Position numbers and translations under genes: made by a program. A stretch of 64,000 nucleotides of DNA from Candidatus Krumholzibacteriota bacterium (GTDB lineage: Bacteria > Krumholzibacteriota > Krumholzibacteriia > JAJRXK01), in contig CAVSGG010000012.1 in assembly GCA_963727455.1 (NCBI GenBank), forward strand, positions 88,609 through 152,608, in the 5' to 3' direction. Below, in pieces: positions 20,185-30,342 of the stretch. Below the pieces are notes generated by a model, which saw nothing but the letters and a program-made list of their open reading frames with translations, was not told the origin of the DNA and did no database searches. Positions within the stretch are counted from its first letter, which is position 1. Every line of letters starts with the position of its first letter.

Positions 20185-21708
20185 ATGAGGTGCTGGCGAC
20201 GCTCGGCCACACTCAATCTGATCCCGGGCGTTCTCTTGCTCACGGCTCTCATGAGCTGCGCCACGAGTTCCCAAACTGTAAGCACGGCGCCGGCGGTTTC
20301 TCCTGCGCCCGTGGAAACCAAGAGCCTCCCTCCACAAGCGCAAGCTACAAACAGCGCCAACTTCGCTGGCATCTGGCAGGGCACCTTAGAGTTTTCCGGC
20401 GCAAAACTCCGGGTGGTCTTCAAGATCATGCGACAAGAGGACGGAACTCTGAGTGCAGTGATGGACAGTCCCGATCAAGGCGCAACCGGGATTCCCGTCG
20501 AGAGCGTCACTGTCCGAGATCACAGCGTGCGCATCGAGGTGAAGGTTGCTCAGGGTATTTTCGAGGGCGCGATTGCAAAGGACTCTTCCACGATCGATGG
20601 AAGCTGGAAACAAAGTGGGCTACAGCTTCCCCTCCTGCTCGAACGCATCCAGAAAGAAATTACTATTGAGCGCCCTCAGGATCCAAAGAAACCCTATCCC
20701 TATCGGGAGGAAGAGGTCAGCTATCGCAACACGAGCGCGGGGGTCACTTTGGCGGGAACCCTGACCTTACCGGCGAGCGGATCTCCCTTTCCCGCCGTGC
20801 TCCTGATCTCAGGCTCGGGTCCGGAGGATCGTAATGAGACCGTATTCGGACATCATCCTTTCTGGGTACTGGCAGATTATCTGACCCGCCGCGGAATCGC
20901 CGTTCTCAGAGTCGATGATCGTGGCGTGGGTGGATCGACGGGAAGTAGTTCGCGATCGACTACCGAGGACTTCGCCGAGGATGTTCTCGCCGGAGTGAAT
21001 TTTCTGTTGAACCGTCACGAAATCGATTCCAGGCATATTGGGCTCATCGGCCACAGTGAGGGAGGCATGATCGCGCCGATGGCAGCCGTGCGCTCCAGTG
21101 ATGTGGACTTCATCGTCCTCTTGGCCGCCCCGGGCTTGCCAGGTGACGAAATTCTGTACCTCCAAGCAGCAGCCATCGCGCGGGCCGATGGTGCCAGCGA
21201 TGAGGCGATCGCGAAGAACAGAGCGAATCAGGAGCGAATTTTTGCGGTGCTGAAATCCGAAGCCGACAGTACGACTGCGGCCGACGAGCTTCATACGATT
21301 CTAGAGGAATCCGTTGACTCATCGAGGGCGGATGACAAGAAGAGCACGGACGACTCCGAGACCGCGATCAAGATGCAGATCGAGCAAGTACTAACTCCGT
21401 GGTTCCGTTTCTTCTTGCGCTACGACCCGCTGCCGACGTTGGAGAAAGTTACCTGTCCCGTACTCGCCCTCAACGGTGAAAAGGACCTTCAAGTGCTACC
21501 CGAGGAGAACCTGTCCGCCGTCCGCAGCGCCCTGAAGGCCGGCGCAAACCCACACTTCTCAGTGAAGGAGCTTCCTGGCTTGAATCATCTTTTCCAGACC
21601 GCCGGCACCGGCGCCATTACCGAATACGCCACCATCGAAGAGACGATCGCGCCAAGCGCGCTGCGTGAAATCGGTGATTGGATCCAGGAAGAGGTTCAAC
21701 GAAACTGA
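20185..21708 (+). CDS. Alpha/beta hydrolase lipoprotein
   Basis: Lipobox ALMSC; LAGTLTLP, SGSGP.DR, GHSEGG nucleophile, NGEKDLQV and LNHLFQ. Confidence 0.88.
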   Translation: MRCWRRSATLNLIPGVLLLTALMSCATSSQTVSTAPAVSPAPVETKSLPPQAQATNSANFAGIWQGTLEFSGAKLRVVFKIMRQEDGTLSAVMDSPDQGATGIPVESVTVRDHSVRIEVKVAQGIFEGAIAKDSSTIDGSWKQSGLQLPLLLERIQKEITIERPQDPKKPYPYREEEVSYRNTSAGVTLAGTLTLPASGSPFPAVLLISGSGPEDRNETVFGHHPFWVLADYLTRRGIAVLRVDDRGVGGSTGSSSRSTTEDFAEDVLAGVNFLLNRHEIDSRHIGLIGHSEGGMIAPMAAVRSSDVDFIVLLAAPGLPGDEILYLQAAAIARADGASDEAIAKNRANQERIFAVLKSEADSTTAADELHTILEESVDSSRADDKKSTDDSETAIKMQIEQVLTPWFRFFLRYDPLPTLEKVTCPVLALNGEKDLQVLPEENLSAVRSALKAGANPHFSVKELPGLNHLFQTAGTGAITEYATIEETIAPSALREIGDWIQEEVQRN

Positions 21709-21827
21709 CGAAACTCTCGGCGCGATCGAGGGAGCGCCTCCTGGCTCATGAGCTCGATCTCATCGGTTTCGGCGCGGTGATCACGTGATGATGCTTCAGG
21801 TCACTCGTCATGCGATGGCAATGGCCT

Positions 21828-22601
21828 TCAGTCAATCTTGAAGGTGACGGGAATGATGACCCAGACTTCGACGGGTCGATGCTGGAGAAGAGCCGGCCGA
21901 AAGATGGCCGTCTTGGCGCACGCGACGGCGGCATCGTTGAGCATGGCTTGGCCCTCCAGAATAACGCAGTCTTTGACTTTGCCGTCCGTTCCGACGAGGG
22001 CGCGAACCTGCACTGTCCCTTCGACGCCGGCCTCGCGCGCAACATCTGGATAGACCGGGGGATCGATACTGATTCTGACGGGCTCCTCCTCCACCGCGAC
22101 GAATTCATCGGGCTTTGGCTCGACTTTGACATCCAAATCGACGACAAAGGGGTCCCCCGCCTCGATGCCTAGGTCTTCCATGGTGATAGGAGCTAGAAAC
22201 TCCGACATCTCGGCGGTGGTGGCGATCGTCGTACTTTGTGCCATTTCGTCGGGAACCGGTTCCGGGACGCCGATCGAAGGGGGTTTCACCGCCTTCGCAA
22301 CTGCTTCAGCCACATTGACCTGGGGAGCCTTCGGGGTGGAGAGGGAAGGCGGAACGCCCAATTCCGTATAGCGTACGATGTGCACTTCTCGTTCGACCGG
22401 AGCCTTGTTGCTCTCCAAATGGCGGACGACGTACCAGCCTGCGAAGAGGAGGATTCCCAGCAGAATCGCCGAGGCATTTCCCCAACACAGCCATCGCCCA
22501 AACTCCCGTCTGAGAGGATGAGCCTCGCCCGTCAGAGGAAGGCGAGGTGCTTCATCGAGGGAAAAAGCCCAAGGGATGTGCATCGAGTTCCGGGAACTCA
22601 T
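21828..22601 (-). CDS. tonB: Energy transducer TonB
   Basis: N-terminal TM, Pro-rich linker, C-terminal PVYPDVAREAGVEGTV..FRPA..PV.V..IPVTF. Confidence 0.88.
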   Translation of the reverse strand: MSSRNSMHIPWAFSLDEAPRLPLTGEAHPLRREFGRWLCWGNASAILLGILLFAGWYVVRHLESNKAPVEREVHIVRYTELGVPPSLSTPKAPQVNVAEAVAKAVKPPSIGVPEPVPDEMAQSTTIATTAEMSEFLAPITMEDLGIEAGDPFVVDLDVKVEPKPDEFVAVEEEPVRISIDPPVYPDVAREAGVEGTVQVRALVGTDGKVKDCVILEGQAMLNDAAVACAKTAIFRPALLQHRPVEVWVIIPVTFKID

Positions 22602-23098
22602 TTGTCCCCCTCCAAGATCTCCGCATCGTGCTCACTCATGGGAACCAGGCTGAATCGCTCCATGTGGGCATCGTCCAGAGTATCCATCATATCTACCATG
22701 CTCTCATAACGCGCGGCGCGGTTGATCTTCACCAGGACAATGAGAGCTGGATTGTCCGTTAGGCTCCTTCTGAACAGAGGGTCGAGGTCTTCCCAGGAAA
22801 CCGAACTGAGCTCGCTGGCTCCTACCTTGTAGAAGAGAGACTCATCGGCGTTGACATAGAGGGTCATGACGTTCGACTCGGGTACCATGACCGTGGCTCC
22901 GGACTCCGGCAGGTTGACTTCCATGGCCAGAGGCCGGCGAAAAACCGTGGTAACCATGAAGAAGATCAAGAGTAAGAACGCGATATCGACCATTGGCGTC
23001 ATATCGATCCTGATTCCGACCCTCTTCTTCTTGCGGCCCAATCCGGAATCTTCCGGGGAATTCGCTCGTTGGCGATCTGCTACCTGGATCTCTGCCAT
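22598..23098 (-). CDS. exbD: Biopolymer transport protein ExbD
   Basis: IDMTPMVDIAFLLLIFFMVTT motif. Confidence 0.9.
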   Translation of the reverse strand: MAEIQVADRQRANSPEDSGLGRKKKRVGIRIDMTPMVDIAFLLLIFFMVTTVFRRPLAMEVNLPESGATVMVPESNVMTLYVNADESLFYKVGASELSSVSWEDLDPLFRRSLTDNPALIVLVKINRAARYESMVDMMDTLDDAHMERFSLVPMSEHDAEILEGDK

Positions 23099-23107
23099 CG
23101 AGACTCC

Positions 23108-23545
23108 CTATTTCTCCTGATCGGGCGAATCTTGATCGCGCTTCAGATCGGTCATCAGATTGAAGCGAAGGGTCTTCGACTCGGCCAACGCATCCATGAG
23201 GTCGGCGATGGGTCCGAAGGCGGCATCGCGATCTCCTTTGAGAATCACGACCGCAGTGGGATTCCGACTGCGCCATGCCATGATGGCACTCTGGAGATCG
23301 TCGGGAGCAACTTCTTGGGTGTCCGCGGCATTCTCACTCGAAATATAGAAACCACCCTCCTGCGTGACGGTCAGGATGATCGTATCGGTTTCGGGAACCA
23401 GGAGCTTGGAAGTCGAAGCGGGCAAGCGAACCGCGATCTGCTCAGGGGGCTTGAATTGCGTGGTGGACATGAAGAAAATCAGAAGCAGGAACGCTACGTC
23501 CACCATGGGAGTCATGTCGATTCGTACTGGAATGCGTCGCGCCAC
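23108..23545 (-). CDS. exbD: Biopolymer transport protein ExbD
   Basis: IDMTPMVDVAFLLLIFFMSTT and LKGD motifs. Confidence 0.9.
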   Translation of the reverse strand: MARRIPVRIDMTPMVDVAFLLLIFFMSTTQFKPPEQIAVRLPASTSKLLVPETDTIILTVTQEGGFYISSENAADTQEVAPDDLQSAIMAWRSRNPTAVVILKGDRDAAFGPIADLMDALAESKTLRFNLMTDLKRDQDSPDQEK

Positions 23546-23548
23546 GAC

Positions 23549-24265
23549 CTAGGATTCCTCCCTCAGCTCCAGCAACTGGAGGACCTCGTAGGAAGTTTCC
23601 TCCATGGTGTTGTTGAAATCATCCACTCGGGTAGTGAAGTAATTGAAGAGGACCGTCCCGATGATGGCGGTGACCAAACCCAGAGCTGTATTCACGAGAG
23701 CTTCGGAGATTCCCAAGGCAAGCTGCGTGGCATCGGGAGCGCCTGCGTGGGACATGGCCTGGAAGGCACGGATCATCCCGATCGTGGTTCCCAAGAGACC
23801 CAAGAGTGTTGCGATGGACGCTATAGTGGAGAGTGCAGTCAGGTTTCGTTCGAGATGAGGGCTCTCCAACGCGTTTGCCTCGCGAATGGCACGCCGAGTC
23901 TCGATCAGAGTTTCCTTGGGCTTGTTTCCACTACCAGCTGACCTCTGGTATCGATCCAGCCCCGCGCCTACGACGTTGGCCAGGCTTCCCCCTTGCTTCT
24001 TACAGGCCTCAATGGCGTCCCCGACCTTCCCCGAATGCACGGATTCCTTGAGATTGCGAATGAAATCCTGAACTCCTCCCCTGCCACCGGCTCGCCACAG
24101 AACGATGAACCGCTCCACCGCGAAGGTCAGCACCAGGAATAGGCAGGATAGGCCCAGGATGAGAAGTGGGCCGCCCTGTTTGATGTAGGCGGGAGTATTG
24201 GTCCAAATGTACCAAGACACCACGAGGGAGACGATGAAGATGGGTACGAGTACGTAGTTCTTCAT
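23549..24265 (-). CDS. exbB: MotA/TolQ/ExbB proton channel
   Basis: TIASIATLLGLLGTTIGMIRAF and GISEALVNTALG; ATG 24265. Confidence 0.9.
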   Translation of the reverse strand: MKNYVLVPIFIVSLVVSWYIWTNTPAYIKQGGPLLILGLSCLFLVLTFAVERFIVLWRAGGRGGVQDFIRNLKESVHSGKVGDAIEACKKQGGSLANVVGAGLDRYQRSAGSGNKPKETLIETRRAIREANALESPHLERNLTALSTIASIATLLGLLGTTIGMIRAFQAMSHAGAPDATQLALGISEALVNTALGLVTAIIGTVLFNYFTTRVDDFNNTMEETSYEVLQLLELREES

Positions 24266-24390
24266 TCCAGGTATCTTGCCTTTCGTTGACGGCGCCCGCT
24301 TTCGAGTCTGGTGCCGGTTCCTGACGATCCCGTGGTGCCGATCGCTCTCCTGAGCTGGAGTCGGCCACCCTTCCCCCTTAGAACCGAGAA

Positions 24391-24404
24391 TGTAACCGTA
24401 TTCT
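24391..24404. promoter_or_regulatory. Possible LacI-family operator upstream of exbB
   Basis: TGTAACCGTATTCT shares one strong half-site with the operators at 33898 and 40388; a minus-strand TTGACG lies at 24410-24415. Confidence 0.35.
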
Positions 24405-24461
24405 TTCTGCGTCAACCCCGTCTCGCCCGGGAACGACAGGATAGTCCTGAAGTGAATGGGC

Positions 24462-26333
24462 TCAGTTCTTCTTGGGGTGCGCTTCGGTCAACAGTTCCAT
24501 TCCCTTGAGCATCGTGGCGTTCCGCGGGTCCAACTTCCGTGCCTTCTCGAAGGCCGCTTCCGCCGCATCCCAGTGCTGGGCACTGAGATGGGCGTTGCCG
24601 AGGCCGGCCCAGCCATCCGCGTTCTTGGGGTCGGCCCGGGTAGCGCTCTCGTAAGTGGCGATGGCACCTTCGATGTCCTTCGCGCGGATCTGGCAATATC
24701 CCAGACCGCGTAGGGCCTTCGGATTCTTCGGTTCATCCTGAAGCACCTGCCTGAACTCCACCTGTGCCGCCCCCAGAGAATCGCTGGCGGCAAGGGCCTG
24801 AGCGAGCAACAAACGCCCGACGGTGATGCTGCCGTTCAAGGCGAGAGCTCTCCGGATGGGTGGAATGGCGGCCTGGAGTTGCTTCGCCTGAAAGTAGGCG
24901 ATCCCCAGATTCAGGTGATAGATCGGCTGCTTGGGCTGGCTCTCGATCGCGGCCTCGAATTGGGTGATCGCATCTTGTGGTTTGTGAGTTTTGAGAGCAA
25001 GCACTCCCAACTGGAAGTGGGCATCCGCCCGTTGGGGCTCCGCGGTCAAGACGGATTCCAATGTGTTCCTCGCTTCCGCGAACCGTCCCATCTGCAGCTG
25101 ATAGGTGCCCAGAGCAACCAGAACGGTCGCATCTGGCTTCGAAGTTCTGCTCATCTCCGGCCACAGTTTCGCCGCCCGCGCTCTCGTGTCGGGATCCCGA
25201 CTCTGGATCCCCGATTTGAAGAAAGCGTATTTGGCCTTCTGGTCCTGAGGATCCAGTTTCAAAGCGGTCTTGGCCGCCTCTGCGGCCTGGTCGAAACGAG
25301 CCGTCAGATAGCAAGCCTCCGAGAGAGTCAAGAGTGCCTCCCGGTCGTCGTGTTCCAGCATCACATACCTGAGATAAGTCTTGGCGGCGTTGTCGTATTG
25401 TTTCGCGGAAAAGAACAACCCGGCCAGGTCTTTCAGGGCAGGAGCGTAAGTAGAATCGACTTGAACGGCCTCGAGGTAGCTGTTTCGCGCATCGGCGTAC
25501 CGTCCCACACTTTGGTAGAGATCACCCAGTGTGTAGAGCATCGGCGCAGTCTTGTGAGCCCCCGGACTCTTAAGAACCCTTTCGAAAGCCGAAATCGCGA
25601 GCGTGGGTGCTTCCCTCTTCTGGTATATCTCACCCACCAATACCCCGTACTCTGGATCAGCGGGATTCAGGTGGAACGCGGCAAGGGCCTCTTTCTCCGC
25701 CGAGTCCAGATCCTTCTTCGCCATCGAGTAGAGGGCCATCCCAAAGTGGTACTTGTCCTCGCCTTCCTGAACACCCTTGAGCGCCGCGCCCTTTTTCAGC
25801 TCTTTCAGCGCCTTGTCCCATTCCTTGCGTTCGAGATGGAGGCGCGCCAGGCAGTACTGCGCGTCCCAGAGATCGGCTTTCGATTTCAGGGCCGTCTTCA
25901 GTTCGTTCTCTGCTTCCGCGTCTCGACCAAAACGCAGAAGCAGCAGGGCAAGGGCCGCCCGCGCCTCGGGGTAGTCCCCGTGTTCATCGATCTGATGCGC
26001 CTCCAAGGCCATCCGCAGCTCAGGCTCGGCATCCTTGTAGCGCCCCTGCCAAACTGCGATCTTCGCCAAGCCGTAGTGAGCCCGATCGGGGTGATATTCG
26101 GCCTTCAACGCGGCTTCGAAGTACTCCTTGGCCTTCTGGAGTTCACCCTGTTGAAGGGCCTTGCCGCCCAAACGCACCGGGTCCTCATCGAGAGTGTAGT
26201 TGCGCTTCTGAGCGGCCACGTTGGTGGGTAGAATCCAACACAGGATTGCCAGGATCAGAATCGCATGGAGGGGGTTCTTCACTTGGAGGAGAACCCTTGA
26301 TACGGGAAAAACATTTCGCGTCGACACCTGCAT
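24462..26333 (-). CDS. Secreted tetratricopeptide repeat protein
   Basis: Signal peptide ..ILAILCWILPTNVAA followed by many TPR units; start approximate. Confidence 0.85.
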   Translation of the reverse strand: MQVSTRNVFPVSRVLLQVKNPLHAILILAILCWILPTNVAAQKRNYTLDEDPVRLGGKALQQGELQKAKEYFEAALKAEYHPDRAHYGLAKIAVWQGRYKDAEPELRMALEAHQIDEHGDYPEARAALALLLLRFGRDAEAENELKTALKSKADLWDAQYCLARLHLERKEWDKALKELKKGAALKGVQEGEDKYHFGMALYSMAKKDLDSAEKEALAAFHLNPADPEYGVLVGEIYQKREAPTLAISAFERVLKSPGAHKTAPMLYTLGDLYQSVGRYADARNSYLEAVQVDSTYAPALKDLAGLFFSAKQYDNAAKTYLRYVMLEHDDREALLTLSEACYLTARFDQAAEAAKTALKLDPQDQKAKYAFFKSGIQSRDPDTRARAAKLWPEMSRTSKPDATVLVALGTYQLQMGRFAEARNTLESVLTAEPQRADAHFQLGVLALKTHKPQDAITQFEAAIESQPKQPIYHLNLGIAYFQAKQLQAAIPPIRRALALNGSITVGRLLLAQALAASDSLGAAQVEFRQVLQDEPKNPKALRGLGYCQIRAKDIEGAIATYESATRADPKNADGWAGLGNAHLSAQHWDAAEAAFEKARKLDPRNATMLKGMELLTEAHPKKN

Positions 26334-26370
26334 GGCCTTCCTGTCCGTTGGTTCACAATGGCCCTTTCCA

Positions 26371-27345
26371 TCACTTTTCGCCGATAGACTTCTTGGAAAG
26401 ATGGACCTCACGCAGTACGCGGCGTTGAGGTAGAAACCCCGCCCTCTCGATAACACGTTGCCCCGAGTCGCTGCTGAGATAGGTGAGAAATTTCCTCGCC
26501 TGAGCATTGCCCCCCCCGCAGATACTGGCGTACAAGTGATGATAGAATGGATATCGTCCCTCCGCGATCTCTTCGCGTAGTGGCCTTCGGTCCGGCCCCT
26601 CTGCGTCGACACGCAGGGCGATGCTCTCGACCCCATCAGGTAGGTCTGCAAGGGGTGTGCTGAGCGTGCTCACTACGCCCACCGCCTCCGAGTCATTGAG
26701 GATTGCCTGGATCACCTGCGCTTCATTGGCGAGGTATACCACTTTCTCCTCAACTTCGGGGACCTTGCGGTCCGCCCAGAGTTGATCCATGAACGCAAAC
26801 CAGAGCCCCGAATTAGGGTCGGGCGCGTAGATGCTCTGGAAGGATCCGGGATCACTTTTAGCGCGAAGAAGTGCTTGGAGTTCCTGCGGTCGAATGTATG
26901 TACGGAGGGATTTGGTGTTCCTCAGCAAGGCGATTCCGCCCAGCGCTATGGTCTGGTAGTAAACACTGTCCCCGGTCGCGGCGCGGAAGATCTCCTGCTC
27001 GCGAGGAAGAGGGGAACGGATGAGGAATGCGACATCGCATTCTCCACGGAGAAGATCTTCCAACGCTTGCGCGGTCCCTCCGTCTCGAAATTCCAGATTG
27101 GTTTGAGGATAATCTCGACGATAGACCATCGTAACTCGCTGAATCAGTTCGGGTGCCAATTCAGTGCCCGACAGTACCAGATCGTTATCTACGGGCCCGA
27201 AAAGGTGGCTTTTCCAAACATCCAAATGACGAGTTCCCTTCACGAGGAACAGAACAGCGATCACGAGCACATAGATCGCGTAGCGGATGAGTCGAAATCG
27301 TTTCATGAGTCCGGGAGATAGCATAGGGGGGTTGGGTTCTCCCAT
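26371..27345 (-). CDS. PstS-like substrate-binding protein (TonB-cluster associated)
   Basis: N-terminal TM, GGTAQALEDLL, IALGGIA, PNSG and GRYPFYHHLY..FLTYLSSDSGQ..GF: PBP2/PstS-like pattern. Start approximate. Confidence 0.65.
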   Translation of the reverse strand: MGEPNPPMLSPGLMKRFRLIRYAIYVLVIAVLFLVKGTRHLDVWKSHLFGPVDNDLVLSGTELAPELIQRVTMVYRRDYPQTNLEFRDGGTAQALEDLLRGECDVAFLIRSPLPREQEIFRAATGDSVYYQTIALGGIALLRNTKSLRTYIRPQELQALLRAKSDPGSFQSIYAPDPNSGLWFAFMDQLWADRKVPEVEEKVVYLANEAQVIQAILNDSEAVGVVSTLSTPLADLPDGVESIALRVDAEGPDRRPLREEIAEGRYPFYHHLYASICGGGNAQARKFLTYLSSDSGQRVIERAGFLPQRRVLREVHLSKKSIGEK

Positions 27346-27448
27346 CAAGCTTGCCTCGCGGGTGCGGCGCGAGAGGTATACACCGCGACAAGAAACCTCT
27401 ACCCTTCCCATAGTCACGAATCCGATTCTCGCGGAGAAGGAGCCCGCT

Positions 27449-28939
27449 ATGTCGTCCGGGAAATCGCAGCGCAAGCCAGCGTTCTGGGCAGCGATGGCCC
27501 TCTTGGCACTGCTCCTCGGATCCATCCTCAGTGCCTGCTCGAGAGAAAACGGAAAGAGTGCATCCTTTGCAAATGAGGCCGCCCCGAAGGGTGAGACCGC
27601 CATTTCCACCGAGAGCGCCGCATTTCTGGATTCTCTGGAGGAGCGGACCTTCCGCTATTTCTGGGAACTCAGCGACTCCAGAACCGGACTGACTCCGGAT
27701 CGCTCGCCGACGCGCTCCTTTGCCAGCGTGGCCGCCACCGGCTTCGCGTTGACCGCCTATCCAATCGGGGTCTATCGAGGATACGTGTCACGCGAAGACG
27801 CCGCGCGGAGAGTCCTGAAAACCCTCAGCTTTTTTTGGCAATCCCCTCAAGATTCATCGAGTTCCAGTACGGGCACCCATGGTTTCTACTACCACTTCCT
27901 GAATGCCGGCACCGGTACTCGTTTCGAGACCGTGGAGCTCTCGACGATAGATACTGCCATTCTCGTTGCCGGTGCCCTGACCTGCCAGGCCTACTTCGAC
28001 GAAAACAGGGCAGTGGAGGACAGTATTCGAACCCTCGCCACTCGGCTCTATGAACGCGTGGATTGGCAGTGGGCTTCCATTCGTCCTCCCACCATCGGGC
28101 ACGGATGGACGCCTGAGAACGGGTTCCTTCCCTATGACTGGCGTGGCTACAACGAAGCTATGCTGCTCTATATCCTTGCGTTGGGCTCCCCAACCCACCC
28201 CGTCTCGCCTCAGGCCTGGTCGGCCTGGACATCCGGCTATCGCTGGGGAGAATTCCAAGGTGAGGAATATATCGGATTTGCTCCACTCTTTGGACATCAG
28301 TACACCCAGTGTTGGGTTGATCTCAGAGTCATCCAGGACGAGTACACGAATGCGCGGGGAATCGACTATTTCGAAAATTCGCGACGAGCCACCCTTGCTC
28401 AGCAGAAGTACGGTATCGAGAATCCAGCAGCTTGGGACGGGTACGGCGCCCACCGCTGGGGCTGGACAGCGTGCGACGGTCCGCTGGAATTCAAGGGGTA
28501 TGCGGCCGGACGGGAGAGGCAATTCCACACCTACTGGGCGCGCGGTGCCTCATTCACGAAGATTCTCGACGACGGCACGATCTGTCCCGCGGCTGCCGCG
28601 GCCTCCATTGCCTTCGCGCCGGAGATCGTCATCCCCACTCTGTTGGATATGAGAAACGCCCACGGTGGAGCCTTGTTCTCGGAGTACGGGTTTCTGGATG
28701 CATTCAATCCGAGTTTCCGCTTCGAGACCACAGTTCAGCACGGGCGAGTCGATTCACGATATGGTTGGATCGACGTCGACTACCTGGGCATCGATCAAGG
28801 ACCAATCTTGATCATGGTGGAAAACTATCGCAGCGGCATGATCTGGCGCCTGATGCGCAACAACCCCCACCTGATTCGCGGTCTGCGAGTGGCGGGATTT
28901 CACGGGGGTTGGTTGGAAGAGCAGGCTCGCGATCGGTGA
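27449..28939 (+). CDS. GH144-like (glucoamylase/DUF3131 family) probable endo-beta-1,2-glucanase, lipoprotein
   Basis: AAGGAG RBS; lipobox LSAC; TFRYFW, SVAATGF, GFYYHF, ELSTIDTA, W.GYNEAM..YILA, PLFGHQY, YGFLDAFN and LGIDQGP. Confidence 0.85.
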   Translation: MSSGKSQRKPAFWAAMALLALLLGSILSACSRENGKSASFANEAAPKGETAISTESAAFLDSLEERTFRYFWELSDSRTGLTPDRSPTRSFASVAATGFALTAYPIGVYRGYVSREDAARRVLKTLSFFWQSPQDSSSSSTGTHGFYYHFLNAGTGTRFETVELSTIDTAILVAGALTCQAYFDENRAVEDSIRTLATRLYERVDWQWASIRPPTIGHGWTPENGFLPYDWRGYNEAMLLYILALGSPTHPVSPQAWSAWTSGYRWGEFQGEEYIGFAPLFGHQYTQCWVDLRVIQDEYTNARGIDYFENSRRATLAQQKYGIENPAAWDGYGAHRWGWTACDGPLEFKGYAAGRERQFHTYWARGASFTKILDDGTICPAAAAASIAFAPEIVIPTLLDMRNAHGGALFSEYGFLDAFNPSFRFETTVQHGRVDSRYGWIDVDYLGIDQGPILIMVENYRSGMIWRLMRNNPHLIRGLRVAGFHGGWLEEQARDR

Positions 28940-28986
28940 CCAATCCACGATCCGTGTTTCCTGAATGGGCCGCGAAATCAGAAATT

Positions 28987-30342
28987 TCACGTCCCCCTGG
29001 AGCAGAGAATCTGATCGCGGTAGAACAAAGCACTCGACTTGAGCGTACGCCGTTGGCTCTGAAAATCGACATGGACGAGCCCGAATCGCTTCGAGTAGCC
29101 CTCTGTCCACTCGAAGTTGTCCAGTAGCGACCAGACAAAATATCCCCGGAGATCGACGCCACGCTCCATCGCGATTCTGGCGGCACGAATGTGGTCGCGC
29201 AGATACTCGACTCGCCGAGGGTCGGCAAGGGTATCAGAGCTAACCGAGCTAGGCTCCTCGAAAGCGGCGCCGTTCTCGGTGATGTAGAGGGGCAGTTCGG
29301 TGTATTCGTTCTTCACCCTTTGCAGGGTACGCGTGAGCGATACGGGATGGATCTCCCAGCCTAGAGCCGTGGAGCTCTCTGGCTCAGGCGCGACCGCCGA
29401 GTACCCGAACGGGTAGGCCTCGGGGTCATGCCGCACGATGCCCCTCGTGTAGTAGTTCACCCCCAAGAAATCGATCGGGGCGGAAATGAGATCAAAATCT
29501 CGCTCTGGAAACTCGGGCCAAGCACTCCTGTAGAGAGAAGACATCTCCTCGGGGTATCGGCCTTTGAACAGTGGATCGAGGAACTGACGGTTCATATAAG
29601 CGTCGGAGAGTCGCGTGGCCCGCACATCTTCCCTCTTGTCGGACGCGGGATCTTTGGGCTCCAAATTCAACACGAGACCGATGCTGCCGTTGGCTTCAGC
29701 TCGGAAACTCTGAACCGCGGCTCCGTGAGCGCGAAGCAGATTATGGGAGACGTAGGGGGCTTCGAGGGTACTACGATGTCCAGGTGCATGCGTGCCGTGG
29801 AGGTATCCCGCGTCACTGACCACCCAGGGCTCGTTGATCGTTGCCCATCGGGTGACACGGTCCGCCAGGCTGAGGTAGAGAACCCTGGCGTAATCGGCGA
29901 ACCATTCGGCAACATCGCGGTTCAACCAACCACCCTTATCATCCAAAGCCCCGGGAAGATCCCAGTGATACAGCGTCACGAAAGGCTCTATGTCGTACTC
30001 CAGAAGCGCATCCACTAGACGATCGTAGAAGCCGATGCCTGCGTGGTTGATCGGAACGTGGCCGTCCGGAAGCACACGCGACCATGAGACACTGAAGCGG
30101 TAGGCGCTTAGACCCAACTCTCGCATGAGTGCGAGGTCTTCACCGTGACGCGCGTAGTGATCGCAAGCAAGATCGCCAGTTTGATCGCCCTTGATCCTGT
30201 CCGGGCAGTGAGAGAATCGATCCCAGATGCTGGACCCTGCTCCGTCGGCGAGTGGCGAACCCTCTATCTGATAGGCGGAGGTGGCACACCCCCAAAGGAA
30301 CTGCGACGGAAACTCAGACTTGTCTCGAATCGAGCTGCTCAC
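28987..30342 (-). CDS. GH1 beta-glucosidase
   Basis: FLWGCATSAYQIEG, TINEP acid/base, ITENG nucleophile and SLLDNFEW. Confidence 0.95.
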   Translation of the reverse strand: MSSSIRDKSEFPSQFLWGCATSAYQIEGSPLADGAGSSIWDRFSHCPDRIKGDQTGDLACDHYARHGEDLALMRELGLSAYRFSVSWSRVLPDGHVPINHAGIGFYDRLVDALLEYDIEPFVTLYHWDLPGALDDKGGWLNRDVAEWFADYARVLYLSLADRVTRWATINEPWVVSDAGYLHGTHAPGHRSTLEAPYVSHNLLRAHGAAVQSFRAEANGSIGLVLNLEPKDPASDKREDVRATRLSDAYMNRQFLDPLFKGRYPEEMSSLYRSAWPEFPERDFDLISAPIDFLGVNYYTRGIVRHDPEAYPFGYSAVAPEPESSTALGWEIHPVSLTRTLQRVKNEYTELPLYITENGAAFEEPSSVSSDTLADPRRVEYLRDHIRAARIAMERGVDLRGYFVWSLLDNFEWTEGYSKRFGLVHVDFQSQRRTLKSSALFYRDQILCSRGT

